64,000 bases of DNA from Pseudomonadota bacterium (GTDB lineage: Bacteria; Bdellovibrionota_C; UBA2361; OMII01). The stretch spans positions 727 through 64,726 of the forward strand of contig JAIXQT010000185.1 in NCBI GenBank assembly GCA_027485595.1, read 5' to 3'. Below are positions 17,430 to 24,690 of this stretch, piece by piece. Each line of letters begins with the position of its first letter. Position 1 is the stretch's first letter. The translations under genes were made by a program, and so were the position numbers. Below the pieces are notes generated by a model. It ran no database searches. It was not told where the DNA came from and saw only the letters and a list, made by a program, of their open reading frames with translations.

Positions 17430-19172
17430 CTATGAGCACCGGGAAGCTCGATCACTGCTCCTCATCTGCTCACAGTGCCACGCGCAGAACGCCTCCATCG
17501 TGCAGGATGATGAGAAGCCGATTTCTAGCGCGAGAGCCTGAAACGCCTCGGGGCAATCGCCGATCGTCAGCGCAACAGGGAGGCTCTTAAAGAACTGCCG
17601 ATTGAGCTCCCACAGCTCTTGCGAGAGCGCGACCTCCTCTTCAAGGGGTACACTCATTCGCCGCGAGTTTTGCACGTACGGGAGGAGATACGGCACCCTC
17701 GCGACTGCGCCACCGGGAAGCCGAACGACCAGCCCCCCCTCGCGGGAGCCCACAAGAAAGTCGCGAACATCCCCTGCCTCAACAAGCGCTTCTCCGGCCG
17801 AACACTCCACGGTACGAAGGCTCACCCCTTCGCACACCTCCTGAACTGAGATGACTCCCTCAATGTGGATCCGTTGCGGCAGGAGCTGACAAACCTCTCG
17901 GATCGTTCTCCCCGTCGCGATATCATCATCCATCAGTAGATAAGAACCATCGGGTATCGCCGCAATCTGAACACCCAGATCGGCTGATCCCGGGCGAGGA
18001 AAGATTCCGCTGAGGCGCTCACCACTGGTGACGTTAAACCTGCGTGAGATAGCGATCGAATGATCGCCATCGATACATGCGTCTAAGCTGATAACTGGGT
18101 GGTGCGAGCGAACAATTACCCCGTCCATGCGACGCCGTTGCTCGGAGAGGGAGACCCGCGTTACGGACACCGTGGCGTGTGGCATTCGCCGACGAAAGGC
18201 ACGCTCGAGTATCGTAGCGAGCGACCCAACGAACGCTCGTTGCGCCCACTCAAGGTCAACGCCAACGCGGGCACTCCACCCATCGGTGCTCCAGGCCTCT
18301 TCATCACGGAGAAAAAGTTCAACCTTCGTCGGCACCTTTGTCGCTTGAAGTGCACACAATTCCTGGCTGACCTTGGGAGGAAGCCCACCTGAGCGCCCTT
18401 TTCGGATGACACGAGAGGCGATTGCATTCGGAGTATGGTCGCGCGCCACAAACACCCTTTCTGACCGAGCAGCAAGGGGATCAAGCAAAGCCTCACCATC
18501 TGTGCCAGCGCGGGGTACGATAACGATACGACCGTGGTCAAGGAACGCTTTACTAAATCCTGCGTTATCGCCACCACACACAAAGAATATCTCGATGGGA
18601 TGACCAACTTGAAGGGTGAGGTAGCGTGAGAGTCTTCGCACGATATCCGTGTAATTCACGGCCCGGTCAAGGTAAAGTGCTGCCCACGGGTCGACATCGA
18701 GCCAGGTGCTTTCGCTTGTGGCGAGTCGTGCGAGATGGGTGCGTTCCGCGCCTGACAGTGCCTCCTCGCCACACTTAGTTCGTACGTACCCATCATGATC
18801 GGGGGCGAAGAATCCGCCGACGACCCGCCATCCCCGCTTCTCGACCTCGAGCCGCGCGCTCTCCATCATCGCTAGATGGCCGTTGTGGATCGGGCAAAAG
18901 CCCCCAGATGTTACAAGCACCGCAATCGGCTTGTTTGACTCGGCACCTACCTCGTTGATTGCGTCGCATATCTTGATGAGCGGAGTGACTAAGAGCCTGT
19001 CATCAACCGTCTTGGAGATGTCACAACCTACCGGCACCCCATCATCGAAGAAGCCAGCGGCCTCAAGATGCTCGGCGCCATATCTTATGAGCACCGATGC
19101 GTAGAACGGGTCGGCGCTCGCCTTCGCTATCACACGACTCGAAGCTCCCGCTCGATGTTTGACCATCCCCAT
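17430..19172 (-). CDS. fusion protein: NMNAT-type nucleotidyl(adenylyl)transferase domain plus type I phosphoribosyltransferase domain
   Basis: 580 aa. N-terminal half: VLVTSGGFCPIHNGHLAMM ((H/T)xGH motif) and AIASRVIR (ISSTxxR-like). C-terminal half: PRPP-binding loop SYLLMDDDIATGRTIRE. It is the last gene of the operon, 4 nt after the preceding stop. Confidence 0.75.
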   Translation of the reverse strand: MGMVKHRAGASSRVIAKASADPFYASVLIRYGAEHLEAAGFFDDGVPVGCDISKTVDDRLLVTPLIKICDAINEVGAESNKPIAVLVTSGGFCPIHNGHLAMMESARLEVEKRGWRVVGGFFAPDHDGYVRTKCGEEALSGAERTHLARLATSESTWLDVDPWAALYLDRAVNYTDIVRRLSRYLTLQVGHPIEIFFVCGGDNAGFSKAFLDHGRIVIVPRAGTDGEALLDPLAARSERVFVARDHTPNAIASRVIRKGRSGGLPPKVSQELCALQATKVPTKVELFLRDEEAWSTDGWSARVGVDLEWAQRAFVGSLATILERAFRRRMPHATVSVTRVSLSEQRRRMDGVIVRSHHPVISLDACIDGDHSIAISRRFNVTSGERLSGIFPRPGSADLGVQIAAIPDGSYLLMDDDIATGRTIREVCQLLPQRIHIEGVISVQEVCEGVSLRTVECSAGEALVEAGDVRDFLVGSREGGLVVRLPGGAVARVPYLLPYVQNSRRMSVPLEEEVALSQELWELNRQFFKSLPVALTIGDCPEAFQALALEIGFSSSCTMEAFCAWHCEQMRSSDRASRCS

Positions 19173-19176
19173 AGCG

Positions 19177-20934
19177 TTACCCCTTCATCACCCTCTCGAA
19201 CAGGACATCCGTTCGGATAATCACCTTAGGTGTCCTTCCGCTCCACGGCTCAGAGTCGTGGAGGAGCCTGTGATCAAAGATAAGTGCGCGCCCCGCTGTG
19301 GGCGTTACCGCTGCAATGACCTCCTCATCGCGGGCCTCACGCGTCCAATCCGAGAAGTCACGCGCCGCGTAGGGGAGCGAGAGCTGCGGATCCGTGATAA
19401 AGCGGGTTCGGCCCCCACAAGCGGGGTCGCACTCATTGAGGTAGAGGACGAGGCTCATCAAGGTATGGGTCGCGCCGTCACCTGGATTAAACCCGGCGTC
19501 GTAGTGAACGACGAGCTCCCCACCGTTCTCATACCAGATAAGGCGAAACGCGGGGTTCACCCCGACCGCGCGCCATACGGCGTGCCCGCCCCAATCGGTT
19601 GTCGCGTACTCATCGAAGGTGCGTGGGGAAGCAACGAATGGTGCCACCCGTTCCCACACCCGAGCAGCAAGCTCTGGGGAATAGACCGTCGCCCGCCATG
19701 AGCCCACCTGCGAAGTCCCAGTGGTGAAACCCTTCACGTATCCGTTCGTTCCAACGGGGATTCTGCGCTGACGCGATACCTCGCTGATCAACGCCTCACA
19801 TTCATGGTGGGAGAGTAGCCCCTCAATGACACGAGCCTCACCCCCAACGCCCTCTACGCTCTTTGAGAGGGGAGAAGGTCTCACTCGCTCAAATACGTTG
19901 AGCGGCACAAGGGGATTGAGGGGAAACTCCCCCACAAGTCTCCGCTCGGTGGGTGACACGGTATAGTTCCCCTCCTCTCTCCACCCGCCTGGGACGGCGC
20001 GCTCATAGAGACTCAGGTGCACTGAAGGGTTGCCCCCCACGTACTTGTGCAGATTATATCGGTGCATCTCCTCAATCCGCGCGCCCCATTCTTCAAACTG
20101 CCGGACGGCCCCAGGGGAAAGTGTGCGCACCGCCTCAGTACGCTCCTTCTCGCTCAGGCACAAAAGAGCCGTGTAGAGCTCAACGAAATCATACGGAGCC
20201 CCGATCATCTCAAGGTGGGTTTTCCCGTCGTAAACATCGCCCGTTGGTGCGGCGCCGAGCGTCCCCATCGGAACCTTCAAGAGCTCTCCAAGGCGATACA
20301 CCTCGCTCTTGTGGAGATCCGAGATGATCTGAAGATCCACCATCCCATCTGAGGCCTTCCCGAAGAACCCGAGGTAGCTCCCCTCGTCTCTATTCGTCGT
20401 TCCGCATACGATCGCGGGCGTTCCCGACGCGGAGAGAAGCGCTGAGAGATAGTAGAGAGCCGGAGTGCGAAGGTAGGCGACGAGCTGCCCGTCAGCCCAC
20501 GCGTTTCCCCGAAGATAGGAACTTTCGCTCACAGCACGGCGAGCTGCCTCAAAGGTCGCACTAAGGTCGGGAACAACAAACTCGGCGTTGAAGGCCTTCG
20601 CCACGGCTTTAGCTCGGTCACGCGCGCGATCCTGATCACTCGCCCCCTGATCAACAAAGAAGGGAAGCGATGCCGCAACGATTCGCGATATCGGCGATCC
20701 CTCCATCCGCGACGCGACACTCACAAGCCCCAGCACAACCGCAGAGTCGACGCCGCCACTTACCCCAACCACAAGCCCGGAAAGTTTGTGCACCCGGCAG
20801 TAGTTGTTAATGAGTTCAACTTTTCGAGCGAGGCACTCCGCGGCGTCGAAGCCACGCCTGGCGCGAATCTCGTGGAGCGCCGTAGCAAACTCCCCATTCA
20901 TCGTCTCGTTCATCTCATGTCGTGGAACTAACAT
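19177..20934 (-). CDS. fusion protein: NH3-dependent NAD+ synthetase (NadE-type PP-loop amidoligase) domain plus C-terminal 2OG-Fe(II) oxygenase (prolyl-4-hydroxylase-like) domain
   Basis: 585 aa. PP-loop VVGVSGGVDSAVV and NadE block GTTNRDEGSYLGFFGKASDGMVDLQIISDLHKSEVYRLG. C-terminal VVHYDAGF (HxD), SLVLYLNE..GGRTRF, ALIFDHRLLHDSEP (distal His) and VIIRTDVLF. Confidence 0.8.
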   Translation of the reverse strand: MLVPRHEMNETMNGEFATALHEIRARRGFDAAECLARKVELINNYCRVHKLSGLVVGVSGGVDSAVVLGLVSVASRMEGSPISRIVAASLPFFVDQGASDQDRARDRAKAVAKAFNAEFVVPDLSATFEAARRAVSESSYLRGNAWADGQLVAYLRTPALYYLSALLSASGTPAIVCGTTNRDEGSYLGFFGKASDGMVDLQIISDLHKSEVYRLGELLKVPMGTLGAAPTGDVYDGKTHLEMIGAPYDFVELYTALLCLSEKERTEAVRTLSPGAVRQFEEWGARIEEMHRYNLHKYVGGNPSVHLSLYERAVPGGWREEGNYTVSPTERRLVGEFPLNPLVPLNVFERVRPSPLSKSVEGVGGEARVIEGLLSHHECEALISEVSRQRRIPVGTNGYVKGFTTGTSQVGSWRATVYSPELAARVWERVAPFVASPRTFDEYATTDWGGHAVWRAVGVNPAFRLIWYENGGELVVHYDAGFNPGDGATHTLMSLVLYLNECDPACGGRTRFITDPQLSLPYAARDFSDWTREARDEEVIAAVTPTAGRALIFDHRLLHDSEPWSGRTPKVIIRTDVLFERVMKG

Positions 20935-20942
20935 ACTCCCTC

Positions 20943-21578
20943 CTAGTAAAATACGTGTGTAAGTCGTGCATGTGCCGCCCGATACGGTGAAGCGTTCATG
21001 ATGAGCGCCGCCTTTCGCTCCACCGCGCGGTAACGCTCCTCAAGTACCGACGTCACCTCTCGGGCCGTTGGAACCTCAGGCACCGAGATCTCCCCGAGCC
21101 GAGCAAGATTCCATGTGGCGACAAGGAGCGCGCACGTGGGTTCAAAAGGTCGAGCGGCGATACTTCCAAGTGCGACACCTCCCTCAGGTGTGTCGAGAAA
21201 GAGGACCCGCTTCGGCGCCCTGCGAAATGGCTCAAAGTAGAGCCTCCGTCGTGGAAGCGTGGCGATTAAACGTTTGGCGGCATGTATGAGCGAGCTTTCG
21301 TTCACTACCGTATCGACCGAGTGGCCGCACATCGTCACGCCACGCCGTATCTCATGGGGCGTGAGCGCTGCGCGAGTTACGTGAATATCATCAAGTAATA
21401 CAAGCGACCGGACCGTCTTTCCGCTCTCTTGAAGTCGCCGCGCTACACGTTTGGCGATGGCGACGCTCTCACTGTGCCGCTCGGTGAACGACTCATCCGC
21501 GTAGACGTGCGCGCATTCGATACTCACATCACAACTCACCATCACTCCCTCCGCATCGAAAAGCCACCAGGTCATCAC
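20943..21578 (-). CDS. hypothetical protein (operon ORFan)
   Basis: 211-aa ORF overlapping the upstream gene end by 50 nt, or 14 nt if it starts at 21542. It contains a degenerate PRPP-loop-like string SLVLLDDIHVTRAAL, which is only weak evidence. Confidence 0.55.
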   Translation of the reverse strand: MMTWWLFDAEGVMVSCDVSIECAHVYADESFTERHSESVAIAKRVARRLQESGKTVRSLVLLDDIHVTRAALTPHEIRRGVTMCGHSVDTVVNESSLIHAAKRLIATLPRRRLYFEPFRRAPKRVLFLDTPEGGVALGSIAARPFEPTCALLVATWNLARLGEISVPEVPTAREVTSVLEERYRAVERKAALIMNASPYRAAHARLTHVFY

Positions 21579-22485
21579 CGCTCACCGTCAATCGGTCGAA
21601 GGTAACTGGATCTTGTAAGAGCTCGAGCGAGGTAGCCCCCTTATCAGTGAGCGCCCGCCGCAAACTCACCGCCACCTGCCGAACAAAGCTCATGACATGC
21701 GTTAACTTCAGAGCACGGTGGGTGAAGCTGGGGTAGTCGAGGAGCGCCACGATCCCACCGGGTCGAACCGATGCAACAAGGGTATCCGCGAGAGCAGGAA
21801 CGACGCGATCGATGAGCGAGGCATCGGTTACTATCTCATCCCACACCGCGGCGTATCGCTCTTCGCACGCATACAGCGGCCCAACCTCAACTCCCCGACG
21901 AGCGCAGTAGGAAGAGAGGATCAGATCATCGAGGAGGTGGTTCCCGAACAGAGCGTCGAACCGTGCGGGTGGAGTCTCCGAGAGTGCACCCCTTCGTGTC
22001 GTAGCGTGACCCCGCGCTCCAACGAGCAAAAGAAATCTCGCCGCGTGTGAAAGAGCCTCCGCGTCGGTATCAATAAGCTCAATAGTCCCAGCGAACCCGG
22101 CATAGTGCAGCCCACAGGCCACCTTCGGCACATACCCGCATCCTACCTCAGCGACCCGTCCGTCTTGGGGCAGCTCGATCTGTTGCAGAATCTCCCGCCA
22201 CACCTGCCCTACCGACCAGTAGAAGGTTAGATCGAGGAACAGCTCCTCGGTGCGCTCCGGTATACGGAGCAGATTGCGAGGTGTGAATGAGCTCTGCCGA
22301 TATTCGCGAGAGACGAGGCGACGAGTCGCTCGCGAGAGATCGCCGATGAACCGCTCAACTTCAACCGGGTCATACCTTCGGCTTCGACCGATCCGTACGG
22401 CCCGAGCCGCGGCTCGCCCAAGGCACGCACTCAGCGACGACGTGACCTGCCCACCAGAACACTTCAGTTGACCTATGCCGCCCAT
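21529..22485 (-). CDS. class I SAM-dependent methyltransferase-like protein
   Basis: 318 aa. Motif I-like VAEVGCGYVPKVACGL followed by an acidic IELIDTD. The start overlaps the ATP-grasp stop by 13 nt. Confidence 0.6.
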   Translation of the reverse strand: MGGIGQLKCSGGQVTSSLSACLGRAAARAVRIGRSRRYDPVEVERFIGDLSRATRRLVSREYRQSSFTPRNLLRIPERTEELFLDLTFYWSVGQVWREILQQIELPQDGRVAEVGCGYVPKVACGLHYAGFAGTIELIDTDAEALSHAARFLLLVGARGHATTRRGALSETPPARFDALFGNHLLDDLILSSYCARRGVEVGPLYACEERYAAVWDEIVTDASLIDRVVPALADTLVASVRPGGIVALLDYPSFTHRALKLTHVMSFVRQVAVSLRRALTDKGATSLELLQDPVTFDRLTVSGDDLVAFRCGGSDGEL

Positions 22486-23504
22486 GCCGCATCCCTCCTT
22501 CCGCCTATCGTCTCAGGAAAGATCATGTCCACGATCATCGAGGCCACGTTTCGTGGTCGCCCTCTCCCTGGCGCCATGTGGATCCCGATCCCAGGAACTG
22601 AGTTGATCTCAAGCACTCGATACGAATCCCCATCCTGCTTCTCTCGGATATCTCCGCACATAAAGTCGATACCGGCATAGGGGAGCCCGGGAATGGACGC
22701 GAGTGCCCGGTTGCAGATCTCTATCACCGATGGATGCGCGAGCTCGGTCACATCCGTTGGCACACCCCCCTTCTTTACATTCGAGCTTCCACGCAGATAG
22801 ACCTTCTCTCCAAGGCGGGGCACGGAGGAGAATGAGAGCCCCTGGCGCTTCAGATGCTGGGAAGCCTCACCATCAAGTGCGATCGGACAGAGGCAATTGA
22901 TTCTTGGGTGCGCCCGTCGGTAGCTCTCCCACGTGGCGAGGAGCTCTATTGAGTGAGCACCATCGCCGATGACGTGCGCGGGATCCCGGTGGAGCACAGC
23001 GAACCGACCTCGCGCAGTGAGAAACACTCGAAACTCGTGTCCCGTGAAGTGCTCCTCAACGATCACCTCCTGATTGCCAGATTCGTTCACGATCGCCTGA
23101 ACCGCCGCGCGTACCTCTTCGACGCTTTCAAGGCCCGTAAATACGTTTTCCCCCTGCACACCGAAGCTGGGCTTAACCACAACTGGAAAGCCAAGTGTGC
23201 GCTCCGCGTAGAGAGCTACCTCATCGACCGCTTCGGTCGGAAAATGATGCCCGCGGGGAATTCGCACTCCGGCTCTCTGAAGGAGACGTTTCGTGAGGGA
23301 TTTACTCCCAGCGATAACCGAAGCGGTGTAGGGTACGATGGAGCTATCTATATCCGAGAAGAGCTCTCGATGATCGCCGTAGGTAGCCTCGAGTATCTCA
23401 TTGGTTCGATCAAAGAGGGTTACCTCGATACCGCGGAACATAAGCTCTTGGGCTAGGAACCTCTGATTCGCTCGAAGTTCGGAAACGTTGAAGACCTCTC
23501 GCAT
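22473..23504 (-). CDS. ATP-grasp ligase (cyanophycin synthetase N-domain / GshF-like type)
   Basis: 343 aa. FPVVVKPSFGVQGENVF, VIVEEHFTGHEFRVF, SSNVKKGGVPTDVTELAHP and YRVLEINSVPGI are characteristic ATP-grasp blocks. Confidence 0.8.
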   Translation of the reverse strand: MREVFNVSELRANQRFLAQELMFRGIEVTLFDRTNEILEATYGDHRELFSDIDSSIVPYTASVIAGSKSLTKRLLQRAGVRIPRGHHFPTEAVDEVALYAERTLGFPVVVKPSFGVQGENVFTGLESVEEVRAAVQAIVNESGNQEVIVEEHFTGHEFRVFLTARGRFAVLHRDPAHVIGDGAHSIELLATWESYRRAHPRINCLCPIALDGEASQHLKRQGLSFSSVPRLGEKVYLRGSSNVKKGGVPTDVTELAHPSVIEICNRALASIPGLPYAGIDFMCGDIREKQDGDSYRVLEINSVPGIGIHMAPGRGRPRNVASMIVDMIFPETIGGRRDAAWAA

Positions 23505-23507
23505 GAC

Positions 23508-24092
23508 TCACCCTCCTGTGTTTCGATAGCCACCCGATCTACTTTCGCCACACGAAGATGGGGTACTCCTTGATGAACTAACCACCCGGGCGCGGGCGCG
23601 CTTCTCGAACTCCTTGCCAATAAGCTCAATCAACTCCTCCCGTCGTGCGCGTTCCGGTTCGGTAAGGCCTCCAGCGGAGTCCTTCATGCGAAGGTTGCTG
23701 TACTCATCGAGTAACTCGACCGGAGCGCTCAGCGATCGAAGTGTGAGTGCCTTGCCTGAGACTGCCACCGGGGTTCTTACAAGAACGACCTCCTCGATGC
23801 CGGGGACATCGCGAACACGAACTCTCGTGCCATCATCTCGAGGCTCTATCGAGAGGATCTTTGAAAGGTCACTCGGACGGTAGGCAACTACCCCTGTGGT
23901 TGATTCTGAGATGAGGAGCGAACTTCCCTTGAGGTGGAAGAGGTAGCTCTTGCCTTTGGGAAGCTCGAGGGGAAGCGCTTCGATCACACGAGCGGCGCTC
24001 TCACGCGATCCCCCCAGCCAGTAGTGGTCCCCTGGGGCTCGTGTCACAATGGTTGTCACGTTATCAAACTGCGCGTTTGTCGCTCCTCTCAT
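23508..24092 (-). CDS. hypothetical protein (first gene of the operon)
   Basis: The ORF track starts at the TTG at 24152. The ATG at 24092 is preceded by AGGGGGAAGGG. The stop lies 3 nt before the ATP-grasp start. No motif recognised. Confidence 0.55.
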   Translation of the reverse strand: MRGATNAQFDNVTTIVTRAPGDHYWLGGSRESAARVIEALPLELPKGKSYLFHLKGSSLLISESTTGVVAYRPSDLSKILSIEPRDDGTRVRVRDVPGIEEVVLVRTPVAVSGKALTLRSLSAPVELLDEYSNLRMKDSAGGLTEPERARREELIELIGKEFEKRARARVVSSSRSTPSSCGESRSGGYRNTGG

Positions 24093-24376
24093 ACCCTTCC
24101 CCCTCATGTGAGAGCTCAGAACACTCTGACTCTTGAGAACCACTATGTTCAAATTAATACTAGGCAGCTACTACGTGTATCGATTACCAGGAAACAGAGC
24201 GCAGAATGCGCATCGGTTCACAACACGGCGCATAACGCTCCAGACGCAAAGGATAGTTGGGAAACCCCTTTGAGCATCGAGTCCTACCGCGCCGAGTGAA
24301 AAGAGCTTATTTTCAGACGAAAAATGGCCGGTTCGTTCTCCCATTCCTCTCTCGAGGCGCATCTGCACTGACGAGA

Positions 24377-24619
24377 ATGACGAATCTTCTCAATCCAGAC
24401 GATCCACAACCGCGGTACTCCTGCCAGGTTGCCGTTGCCGGCTGTGTCCGAAAGACGATTCCGAAGCAGGAGCTCATTAAGGCGTTCTCTGATATCTTCA
24501 CCGCAAAAGTCCCGAAGGGGCTGAACTTCCTCGTTGCTAACGCTACAAAAGAGATCGCAGCGTTCAAGAGGGAGCTCCGCAAAGTGCCCGACCACTATAC
24601 TGAGTGTAACGAGCGCTAG
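24377..24619 (+). CDS. possible small Cys-containing protein (80 aa), divergent from the operon
   Basis: Internal ATG of ORF 24257..24619: MTNLLNPDDPQPRYSCQVAVAGCVRK..HYTECNER. Codon usage looks like neighbouring genes. The overlapping minus-strand ORFs are Arg/Cys-rich and look spurious. Confidence 0.35.
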   Translation: MTNLLNPDDPQPRYSCQVAVAGCVRKTIPKQELIKAFSDIFTAKVPKGLNFLVANATKEIAAFKRELRKVPDHYTECNER

Positions 24620-24690
24620 TCTCACATCTTGCGTTACCTTCCGACGGGACTTCGTCGCGACGGAGGCCACCAGCCCTGCTTTTCCGCATG

